Shown here: in pieces, positions 10,430-20,000 of the stretch
Position numbering within the stretch: position 1 is the stretch's first letter
Layout of the letters: every line of letters starts with the position of its first letter
NCBI GenBank assembly: GCA_013265495.1
Contig: MU058384.1
Coordinates: 3,559,600-3,579,599, forward strand
Origin: Vicugna vicugna
Taxonomy: Eukaryota
Reading direction: 5' to 3'
DNA length: 20,000 bases
The notes under the pieces: generated by a model
Seen by the model: only the letters and a program-made list of their open reading frames with translations
What the model was told of the DNA's origin: nothing
Database searches by the model: none
Program-made: the position numbers and the translations under genes

Positions 10430-10629
10430 AGTGAGCCAAGGACAGCCTGCTCTCTGTTCTTGTAAATAAAGTTTTATTGCAACCCAGTCACACTCATTCA
10501 TTTATGTGTTGCCTGTGGTTGCTTTCACAGTACAACAGCAGAACTGAGTAGTCGTGACGGTGACCATATGGCCCACAAAGCCTAAAATATTTACTGTCTG
10601 ATCCTCTAGGGAAAAAAAACCAACTCCTG
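10430..10629 (+). mobile_element. MER58A hAT-Charlie MITE
   Basis: 'tgtaaataaagttttattgcaacccagtcacactcattcatttatgt...ggcccacaaagcctaaaatatttact...ccaactcctg' closely follows the remembered MER58A consensus. Confidence 0.9.
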
Positions 10630-11309
10630 GTCTGGAAGCATAACCCAAGGCTATACCTTTTCCCTTAGCATATCTGAAAAAACCTCAAACTTTCAGAAAG
10701 ATTGTACTAAATATTTTCAGAAAATAAAATGGCAATGAATACAGAGAATAAAATAAGCACATGGACATTCTGACGCTGGGCTTTGGTATCTGATCCTGTC
10801 ATAGTTGACTCTTGTGCCTAGTCTCTACCATCTAATCCAGCCCCAAAGGCAAACTCAGAACTGCATACTCCTGGTCTCTTCTGCTCCCAGCCTAGTCCTT
10901 TGTAGAGATCACCATCTTATGATCCAACATTTGGGAGCATCTTCCTGGACCTCTTGAGATCCTCTGGTCAAAATCAGACACCCATCCTGCAGCCCTCCGG
11001 GAACTCCTTTCTCTCAACTTTCCATAAGCATCCAATTGCCACAGAACTTCTCCAATGACTGACCCAGTCAATGACCTCATCCTTCAGAAAAGGATGCTGT
11101 CTAGACTACAAAACCAACAGTATAAAAGCTCATGGTAAATACAATATCCCAATGAAAGTGTCACTCACCTTCACTGATAGAGAATGAGGATCAACAGAGA
11201 TGGTTCTATCTGTTTCTCAACCCCCTACTTAAGAAACCTGACCTCCTAGAGAATATATAAATTACTGGAGAAAGTCAAACCTACTGATGGACCATAATCT
11301 GAGAAGGAC

Positions 11310-11460
11310 ATGAAAAAGTCTATAAATAGGCAGAGGTATAAATACAGTTGCTGAGGGCTACAGAACAAAGCTTGATTAGAGGGGTTGGAGGAAGAGGCAA
11401 GGGAGGGCTGTCTGGAGGAGTGGAACTTGGATAAATGAGGGATGAGAACTGACAAGGAAC
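11310..11460 (-). mobile_element. L2 fragment
   Basis: 'ggcaagggagggctgtctggaggagtggaacttgga' resembles antisense L2 (CAGGGAAGGCTTCCTGGAGGAGGTGACATTTGAG). Confidence 0.45.
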
Positions 11461-11920
11461 ATCTGTGTTACCACGAGACCCTCTGCTGCACGTTGCCCCC
11501 TCCCGGTTTCTCCTCTGCAGTGTTTCCCCACCTGGTAAATTATCTCAAGAGCAGCAGCCTGAGCAGCAGGTGACTGGGGGCCTGGTCACAGCAGCTGAGG
11601 CATTAATGGCTGTGTTTACTCAAAACAAAACAAAAAAGAAAGAATTGGAAGGGGTCTTAACTCTGTAAAGACAAGTAGGCTTTTGGCCATCAGTAGTGAA
11701 GCACGTTTTGCTCAAATAATCACCCTTTTATTCCTATTTTATTAGTAGAACACCCACTGAAAATGGAGGAAGTCTGTGACTAATAACTCTAAAAGGCTTT
11801 CTCTCACCTAAGCAAAATGAATTTTTATAGTTATTAGACAGCTGCTTACAGACACTGATTTCCACAAATGATACCAGATGTCCTCAGTATTGCATCTCCT
11901 TCTATCGAATAACTGTGGGG

Positions 11921-12041
11921 TTTTTTGTTGTTAGTTTAGTTTAGTTTTGTTTTGTTTTGTTTTGTTTGGAGGTACTAGGGATTGAACCAGGACCTCGTGC
12001 ATGCTAAGTATAGGACTCTGCCACTGAGATATACCCTCCCC
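11921..12041 (-). mobile_element. tRNA-Ala(AGC)-derived SINE (Vic-1-like, camelid)
   Basis: The reverse complement ggggagggtatatctcagtggcagagtcctatacttagcatgcacgaggtcctggttcaatccctagtacctcca has A- and B-boxes and a tRNA-Ala(AGC) body, followed by an (AAAAC)n/(AAACT)n tail. A TT/AAAA endonuclease site lies upstream. Confidence 0.85.
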
Positions 12042-13199
12042 TCTCATAATTGTCTTTTAACTCAACAATTTTCCTTCATCACAGGATCTCGGAATAAATA
12101 TTCTTTTCCTTATGAATTCAATTGATCAGACTTTGATGTAAAATAACAATGAAGAGATTTATTAATGAAGATAAAATTGAGTTTCATCATTTGGATTTTT
12201 ATCTTCCGTTCTATACTAGTATTTCTAAGGAAAAACAAATGAAGTCAAAAACATATTACAGCTAGCATTTACTTCAACTTCAAAGGAACAACGGTCTTTA
12301 TTTCTGGGGGATTGTTGGGCCCTGTTCAGCATCACTTTCCTTCTAACGGACACTGTTTTCTGTTTTACAATTTACATTTGAATTCCAAATATTTCACTTT
12401 GATACATTCCCAAAAGAAGATTTAGACAAATTGTCTGTTCTTTCTTTTAAGTGTCATATTAAAATCTCCTTCTATGCCACATCTCTGGGTGCCTCATTAA
12501 AATTTTTAGAAAGTCATCACCTTTGTTCTATGGAGGGTTTTGAGGGGAGGGGGAGGTTGAAACCAGATGACAAGGATGTTTTCATCAGAAGAGAATTGTT
12601 CCAGGATGAAAAAAGCTCGCAGGAATATATAATGTGTTTCAGAAGAATGAAGGAGGAAAAAGCAAAGTTGGGAGGAATCTGCTCCTGTGGGTGTGAGCCC
12701 CGCCAGAGACTGCTCACGAGTGGCATGTTTCAGATCACTTGACACGGTCATGCAAGCAACAGAAAGTTATATGGTTTTTAGTCTTCAGGTAGCAGTGACA
12801 TGATAATGTGGGTGGATCAGGGGGAAAAAAATGAACTTCTCATTTTTTTATTTAAATTACTTTTGAGCTTGTTCTAGACTGTGGAGGAGTTGCTAAGCCA
12901 CCCAGTTCACACACACTCACACCTCCCTCCTCCTCCACAGCCTCACCAAAGTTTCCCACAGACCTTGCTCTTGCCGACTCATCACTCAAATTGCATTGAG
13001 TGATCGCATTGAGGGACTGGTACATTGGGCATTGTGTTACGCCCACAGATGAAAGAACACATTTCCTGCATCTGGTGGAAAAGTCAGACAAGTAGACAGG
13101 TAATCACAACACTGAGAGGGAAGTCTACCGACATGAGCAGGATGCTAGGAGCCAGGTGCCCAACCCAGCTGGGGATGGTGTGAGGAAGGAGACGGTGGG

Positions 13200-14240
13200 G
13201 AACTCCTTCCTGGCTAGCTGTGTTTTGAAAGATGGACGGGAGTTGTTCAAGAAAGGGCAAAGACATTCCTGGCAATCACAGTTCCACAATCCCAGGAGAT
13301 AAGACATGGAATGCAAAAGTTAAATTTGGAAAAGAGAACACAGTCCATCACAGAGGGTCTTGACAGCTATACTCAGAGTTTGAAGTTCATTCTGAAGTAG
13401 ATGGGAAGCGATTACTAGGATTTTAAAGAAGGGATTAATCTGATTTGCATTCACTGCATCATTGTTGTATACAGGCTCTCACTGCCTCTCTGAAAGACTC
13501 AAATCAGGGAAACCAACTAGGATAAAAGGCAGGACTAGAGTAGTGAGTGTGAGGACCAAGAAAAACATATGCTTCAAGAGGATTTATAAGAAGTGTGGAG
13601 GGCGGCTACCAAAACTATTGATGGGTTGGTTGATGGTACTGAGTGAGAGCTAAAGCAATGGTGCAATTTAAGGTTTAGGAATAAGGATCCTCACAGAGGA
13701 GGAGGAAGTGCAGAGAGCAGCAATAGTGGGCACAGTTGAGATGAGTTGAGTTTATTCAATGGAACATCCCACGAGCTATTGATATAGAGACGTGTGGCTC
13801 AGGAGACAGGGCAGGAGAGAAAGACACATTCTCTTTGGGGCAGCCATCTAGCAGGTAGAAGTCAGAGGTGGGGACGAGATGGTCAAGGAGGGATGGGGAG
13901 GCCTGGAGACCATCAGCATTTCAGGGACCCTGAGAAAGAGTGGGCAGGTGGGCAGAATGAGGACCACGAGAGCCATGCAAAAGCCAAGGAGGGAATGTGT
14001 TTTCAAGACCAAGTGATGGACAGTGACAGATGCCACAGAAAAGTAATGAGATCAAGCTAAAGAAGGGACTTGGCTTTTGTCAGCACATCTTTGAGGATCT
14101 CGGCAGAGCAGTGGGGCAGTCGGGGGTAGGACCCAGATCTCAGAGACTGAAGACTAGATGGGAGAATGGAAAGCAGAAATGGCCATGCAGCCTCAAATTT
14201 CAGGAGGTATGACATCGAAAGCAAGTAGAAAGAGACAAAA
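13200..14240 (-). mobile_element. Long diverged L2 segment
   Basis: Purine-rich tract with antisense L2 hallmarks such as 'cagagggtcttgacagctatactcagagtttgaagttcattctgaagtagatgggaagc' and 'gcacagttgagatgagttgag'. Boundaries are approximate. Confidence 0.7.
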
Positions 14241-14267
14241 AATAGGAGATCCAGGTCAAAGAAGAGC

Positions 14268-14268
<1 letters not shown>

Positions 14269-14306
<38 letters not shown>
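14269..14306 (+). repeat. (TG)19 microsatellite
   Basis: Perfect dinucleotide run of 38 bp. Confidence 0.98.
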
Positions 14307-14307
<1 letters not shown>

Positions 14308-14409
14308 AGACAGACAGGTGAGTTCTGCTTTAAGAATGGGCCACCCCTTCTATTGCTGAGAACTCTGGAACTAATCTAATCTAATTCTCAGGTTTTAAAT
14401 TTAAAAAGA

Positions 14410-14508
14410 GGGGGTGGGGGTATAACTCAGTGTTTAAGTGTGTGCTTAGCATGTGTGAGGTCCTGGGTTCAATCCCCGGTACCTCCATTAAATAAAAAAT
14501 TCAAGAAT
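14410..14508 (+). mobile_element. tRNA-Ala(AGC)-derived SINE (Vic-1-like, camelid)
   Basis: The body gggggtataactcagtgtttaagtgtgtgcttagcatgtgtgaggtcctgggttcaatccccggtacctcca is followed by an A-rich tail. The flanking direct repeats ttttaaatttaaaaaga (14393-14409) and ttttcaattaaaaaaga (14509-14525) match at 15/17. Confidence 0.85.
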
Positions 14509-14544
14509 TTTTCAATTAAAAAAGAATGGTGTATGTGGCGCAGG

Positions 14545-14757
14545 AATTTGTAGAACACTGACTACCTGTCAGAGCCTTATGTATTGTTTCCCTTTTATCG
14601 TCCCGGTCATTCTACAACATGGACATCATTATATTGTCTCTCTTTAAACTTCTGAGTAAACTGAGTCAGAAAGGTCCACTGGTCTGGGCCCAGTCTGGTG
14701 TCTATAAACAGTAGAGCTGGAATTCAGTTCCAGGTCTATCTGAGTGTAAAGCCCCGA
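14545..14757 (-). mobile_element. Degenerate MIR
   Basis: 'gagtaaactgagtcagaaagg...agtagagctggaattcagttccaggtctatctgagtgtaaagccc' resembles antisense MIR. Confidence 0.65.
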
Positions 14758-15195
14758 GGCCCTGGAGAGAGTAAGAGGGTCAGCTGCTCTCTAGTAATTT
14801 CACCTGTAGGAGCCTGTCTCCTTCTCCATGAAATGAAAGCTTTGGACCAGGAGGTCACAATCATGACTTGCTTCTGGTGCACTAGGTAGTCAAGACCCAA
14901 GAGTTCCGTTGAAGACTCAAACTACTTGGGAAACAAACCAGGGGAAATTCCATCTATTTATCTTCTTGCCACTTTAACTCCCATCTATACACCTGAGCAC
15001 ACAATGCTATTATTTGCAAACTCCAATTTAAGTATAGGAGGAATTAAGTTAGTTTTAGCACCAGAAGTGGCTGGCTCAGCATGTTGAAGGCTTATTATGC
15101 TTAACACAAACGCCCTTCCCGGGTAGTTTCAGAAGAGTTAGTCTGGAAGGAAATCTTTCTTCTTTCTCTTTATACCAAGTTTCTTAATATATGTT

Positions 15196-15318
15196 ATTTT
15201 TTTTTATTTTAACTTTTCATTGATATGTAGCATACATTCACAATGGTGCACACATCCTAAGTATGAAGCTAGATGAATTTTCACAAGGTGAACACATCCT
15301 AGAAACCAGCACCCAAAT
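15196..15318 (-). mobile_element. Old L1 (L1M) extreme 3' end with poly(A) remnant
   Basis: A T-run is followed by 'gtgcacacatcctaagtatgaagctagatgaattttcacaaggtgaacacatcctagaaaccagcacccaaat', typical of the antisense L1M 3' terminus. Confidence 0.75.
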
Positions 15319-16624
15319 GGCTGCCTCTTTTCGGAAATTATTTGTTCTTTGCTTCCACAGTTATAAAGCTTCCTTGGTAATTCAACTTTCTACCTCACAG
15401 TGAATTTAGAAGGGCTAGCTAATTATAGCTTTAACTGTAGAGCACTTTGACAAACTTGAAGTAGTTAGAGAGCTGCTTAAATTGATTATAATGTCACATG
15501 GTTTCTACTTAAATTATTTCACCTAGGAGAATGTCAAACTGTCCTCATTAACAGATCACGAAAGAGATGTGTTAGAAATTCAATTTAATGGAGATGTGAA
15601 TTTTTTAAACTATTGGCAGGTAGCTTGTAATCTGAAATATTCCTGTTTAAGTTTTGAGTCAGCCTCCTTCCATTCTCATAACTCCTTCTACATTCCTTTT
15701 TCTGTAACAACGGGAAGTTCTGTGTTTGAAAGGAATAGTGATTCCCCCCAAACCTCCATGTATTACAAGTTGGTCTTGTGGTTGGTTATCACTGACCCTT
15801 GGCTTCAACTCTTGGTTTTCAGGCATTGTTAATAAAGTTTTGTACAAAGCCCTATTCAGATATGAACCTTCTCCAGGCATGGACCACCTTTCAGGGTCTG
15901 AACTCATTCTAGTCATGTCTAGTCTGGAGGGGCATGGTTTGAAAGAGCCCAGGTGGACTCATCTCTGTAGGGGACAAGTGAGCAGAAGAGCAACTTCCCT
16001 CTTTTGAGGATGATGTTTCTGTCACCTCAAGGGGAAGAGGGGAGGGGGAACCCTCTGTGTGACAAGGACTTTGATGGGGAAATCTAGAGAATCCCAAACT
16101 GAACAGCAAGAAAAAAGACTGATTTAGCTGCACAAGATTTTGGTTCTAGAAAGTCAATAGCACATCAGCCATTGTGGTTATTCCACAACTACATGAAAGG
16201 AGGAAGAATAATGCTTCTTGTGGCACGTAAAAAGGAGTCTCACTAACATTATTTCTATTTACTGATGCTTGGTGTCCCGATCATTCCAGCCTGTCTGGGA
16301 ATTGCTGGAATGATGGTCCCATTTCCAATAGTTGTTTTGATAAATCTAGTCATTTCACATAACCTCTAGGAAATTCAGTTTTCTTCCACTGGCTACCTGT
16401 CTGAAAGATCCGGCTCACAATCTAGATTTGTACTCTCTGCAGACAGATAATTCTCATTCTCAAATTATTTGCCTCTAATTTTTCAAGCTTAGAGACTTAC
16501 CAAAGGAGTGAAATTTAATCCAGCTTTGGTAGTTACTAACTTTATTCTGCTTTGGAAAAAACATCTATAGTTTGCAAATTAAAGGTCTGTTGTTTCATTT
16601 TATTTTGCTTTTAGTGCTCAGCTA

Positions 16625-16820
16625 TGTACTATTTTGGATTATTAGGTGACTTGCTACAGACATATGTCCTATCTTCCCAAGGAGAGTGTTAGTTCCTTAA
16701 GCAGAAACTAAGTCTTATTTAAATTTATTTGCATGCCCAATGCCCCAAATAAAAAAACTCCCCCACAAAAAAAGAAAAAAACTGAACATAGTGCATAAGA
16801 AATATTTGTTAACTGAATGA
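16625..16820 (+). mobile_element. L2 3' end
   Basis: 'gagagtgttagttccttaagcagaaactaagtcttattt...aaatatttgttaactgaatga' resembles the L2 terminus. Confidence 0.65.
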
Positions 16821-18128
16821 TTGGTCAAGAAAAGAAAAAGCCTAATAGACCACAATAATATTTTTAAAGTTTAGAGATATACTACCTAATTTTGTTCTGT
16901 CACAGTAGTTGTGTAAATCCAGTCTTTTTCAAATGTAAACCACTGTTGCACTAAACAAATCAACTGGTAAGTCTGAGCATCACTCAGAGAGATCAACACT
17001 TTTCCTTTAATACTTCTAATAATTGCTCCACACGAGGACCGGTCATAATCCATCTCAGAAAAGACAAGACTTTCCTCGCATAAGCAGCTAACCAACCCAT
17101 CACAAACAAGCTACATGCTTCTCGACAAAATATTTTTGGCTATATTCTTATTCTCAGCTTTGCCAATTTGTACAGTCTCAGGAAAAAATCATTTTACATA
17201 TCTGACAACAAAAATTATTCTCTCAGCAAAGTGCAACACTCCTTAAGCAAATCCTCGAGGATGACATAATAGAAGGAAATAAGAAAAGTACTTTGGGATG
17301 TATGTAAACGAACAATGTAGGACTTCATTGACCTCAGAGAAGACAGTCTTTATAAATCTTGAATAGTGGTATTATTAAGTATTTAAATGCAAAAATATGG
17401 ATATATCTGTTTTGCTTATTAAGATGTCTGTTCAGCACAAGTATTTGGCACCTCATTTAAATAATTACCTACTGTGGTACTTTATACTTCCTTGTTGTAT
17501 ATTAAGAATTTAATCAGGAGAAATTCTAGACTACTTAGGAATGTCTGTTCATTTAAAAAATTGGAGATTCAAACAGAGTACCTTCCACTTTGGGAAAGCC
17601 CTCAAAGTTAAGCCAATAAAAATTATAGTTCTTATTGTTCATCCAGAACAAATAACATGCTCTGGCAAGCATTTGAATGCAGCCTCAGCCACACTGATGT
17701 AGCTCCATTTAATAGGCCACTTTTTGAAAGCCACCTTTACTATCTTTACACAGCTGGACTCTTCCTACTTGTCCAGCTTTGCTAGTGTCCCCAAGGATCT
17801 TTTTCCATTTTTGAACCTGAAAACAAAACAACAAAAACCAAGGGGTTGTTTTGTCCCTAAATGTCCCACTTACATAACAACGATTTACCCAGCTTTGAGA
17901 ACAACATAATTTGCAAGTAAGAAATGCCAACTTAACAAAAAGGGAAGAAGAATTAAATGGATGTCTTGTGGTATAGTTTGGTTTTAATATTTTGACTATA
18001 CCATAGCATGAAATACAGGAAGGATTTTCAACACACCACCCTTTTTCAAGTTCCTACTTTGAAAGTCCTGTGAACGCCATCATTACAAGTGTTTCTTTGA
18101 CTGAAAGCATATTTCCAACACAGAAGGG

Positions 18129-18250
18129 ATTCATGCATTGAGCAAGCACTCAGTAAATGCATACTAGGTGCTAGAAAGCATAGTCACTAGAAACATAAAG
18201 AGGACCAAACCGAAGCCCTGCTCTACAGAAGCTCAGTATAGTAGGAGACA
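18129..18250 (-). mobile_element. L2 3' end fragment
   Basis: 'attcatgcattgagcaagcactcagtaaatgcatactaggtgc...gccctgctctacagaagctcagtatagtaggagaca' resembles the antisense L2 terminus. Confidence 0.6.
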
Positions 18251-19142
18251 CAAATACCCCAACGTAAATAAAAGCACAACCCAGGACAACAGTCCTCTAG
18301 CAGGTGTAGAAGTGGACCCTTCCAGGGTAGGCTTGAGGAAGTTGGACAGGCTCTTCTGATGTGGTAACTTCCTAAACTAAACAAACTGTTAAGAATCTAT
18401 AAAGCACTTTCTGTAAGGCAAATGATTTATTTTGTTTGTTAGTCAGATTTTGATGTATTAAGCTTTTAAAAATAACCAAGAAGTACTCGTCATTCTTAAA
18501 ATAACAACAACAGCAAAGAGGCAAAAAAAACTTCTTCCTGAAGCCCTTTGAGCATCCCAGTTTTCAGAGAGGAAAACTGAGACCACCCTGGGTAGTAATG
18601 GGAACCTGGTATATAGCGTATGCTCTTGTAGTTCTTCATACACCTCTTTAACTTCTTGCTAACACTGGAGGAATTGGCAACTAGATTTGTTTCCTATCTC
18701 AGCAAGTAGTCAGCTATCTCCCAAAAGGAGAGATGTCCTTAATATTTCCTATTGAACCATTCAACCTAAAAATGCTTTTGGACCTAGGACTTCTATTGGA
18801 TTCTCAAATAATACATTTAATGATATACACCTTTTCCCCTTGCATTTGAGTTGGTGATGGCAGATTTTTCTATCATTGTGTTTTAATCAGAGGTTCTCTG
18901 GAGTGTGACTTAGAGTGTGTTAGGACTAGATACACAAATATATCAGGGATACATACAGACAAATACTATATATACAGATATAATATTATAAAATTTATGT
19001 ATATATTCGATTGTGTTAGCACTAGATACATATATATTTTGAGGCACTAGTGCACTGAAAGGCATCTTAGACATCTTTGGGGTCACTGGTTCACTCCCAA
19101 CCTCAGCAAACTCTTCTGTTGTCCTTAAGAAAGATCCTTTCT

Positions 19143-19589
19143 CAACAAGCAAACAAGCAATCCATTAAAGAATGAACCAAAGACAGATCTCACCAAAGAA
19201 GATATACAGATAAAAGCATTGGAAAGATGCTCCACATCATATCTCATCAGGGAAATGCAAATTAAAACAAAAATAAAGTACCACTGCACACAGCAACACA
19301 CATATTAGAATAGCTAATATCTGGAACACTGATAATACCAAATGTTAATGAAGATGTGGAGGAGCAGGAACTCTCATTCATTGCTGGTGGAATGCAAAAT
19401 GGTACAGACAGTTTGGTGGTTTCTTACAAAACTAAACAAACTCTTACCATATTGTACAGCAATCATATTCCTCGGTATTTGCCAAAAGAGTTGAAAACTT
19501 GAGTCCACACAAAAACCTGCATATAGATATTTGGGCAGCTTTATTCATAACTGCCAAAGCTTGGAAGCAATCAAAATATCCTTCTGTAG
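19143..19589 (+). mobile_element. Old L1 (L1MC-like) ORF2 C-terminal fragment
   Basis: 'catcagggaaatgcaaattaaaac...gatgtggaggagcaggaactctcattcattgctggtggaatgcaaaatggtacag...cacacaaaaacctgc' is a diverged, frameshifted L1 ORF2 end. Confidence 0.85.
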
Positions 19590-20000
19590 CAACACCCATT
19601 TATGATAAAAACTCTCGCCAAAGTGGGTATAGAGAGAACATATCTCAACATAATAAAAGCTATATATGATAAACCTACAGCCAGCATAGTTCTCAACGGT
19701 GAAAAACTCAAAAGCTTCCCACTAAAATCTGGGACAAGACAAGGATGCCCACTATCGCCACTCCTATTCAACATAGTCCTGGAAGTCCTAGCCACAGCAA
19801 TCAGGCAAGAGAAAGAAATAAAAGGGATCCAAATTGGAAAAGAAGAGGTAATAGTGTCATTATATGCTGATGACATGTTACTACATATAGAAAACCCTAA
19901 AAGGTCCACACAAAAGCTACTAGAGCTGATTGAAGAATTCAGCAAGGTAGCAGGTTAGAAAATTAACGTTCAAATATCAGTTGCATTTCTTTACACTAAC
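19590..20000 (+). mobile_element. Younger 5'-truncated L1, ORF2 reverse transcriptase region (continues beyond the window)
   Basis: ORF 19602-19958 encodes L1 RT motifs ([21 protein letters not shown] and SLYADD, with YADD at 19863-19874). A premature TAG at 19956-19958 replaces the usual Tyr of VAGYKIN. Confidence 0.95.

Noticed and set aside
12431..13091. Cluster of 69-103 aa ORFs in apparently unique DNA
   Set aside because: No homology I can recognise, mostly non-ATG starts, and lengths expected by chance.
14410..14487. Possible genuine tRNA-Ala gene (also 11967-12041)
   Set aside because: Mutated D-arm and stems, extra 5' G-rich leader, A-rich tail and TSD indicate a SINE.
17752..17778. 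8-bp inverted repeat agctggac...gtccagct
   Set aside because: Short enough to arise by chance.
18865..19040. Possible MLT2-like LTR start followed by an AT-rich tract with repeated 'actagataca'
   Set aside because: Similarity is too weak to name a family. Treated as low-complexity or decayed repeat.
19571..19945. 124-aa minus-strand ORF
   Set aside because: Antisense shadow of L1 ORF2.
1..20000. CRISPR array, operon or other prokaryotic system
   Set aside because: The sequence is mammalian, with no regularly spaced repeats or dense coding organisation.

Overview
Mammalian non-coding genomic DNA, rich in repeats, with no recognisable intact protein-coding gene. Two tRNA-Ala(AGC)-derived SINEs resembling Vic-1 suggest a camelid (alpaca, llama or camel). 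The window holds old MIR, L2 and L1M fragments, a solo MLT1A-type LTR and several hAT DNA transposons (MER45-like, Charlie-like, MER96-like end, MER58A). At the right edge a younger 5'-truncated L1 is nested in an older L1. Three things stand out. First, the only CpG-island/promoter-like segment (~5200-5760) lies largely inside a MER45-family hAT transposon that has kept its CpGs. Second, a tailless 5'-half tRNA-Cys(GCA) retrocopy with flanking direct repeats sits at 8512-8547. Third, there are speculative minus-strand splice signals downstream of the TE-derived promoter. Repeat family names come from remembered consensus similarity, not a database search. I see no evidence of a novel multi-gene system.
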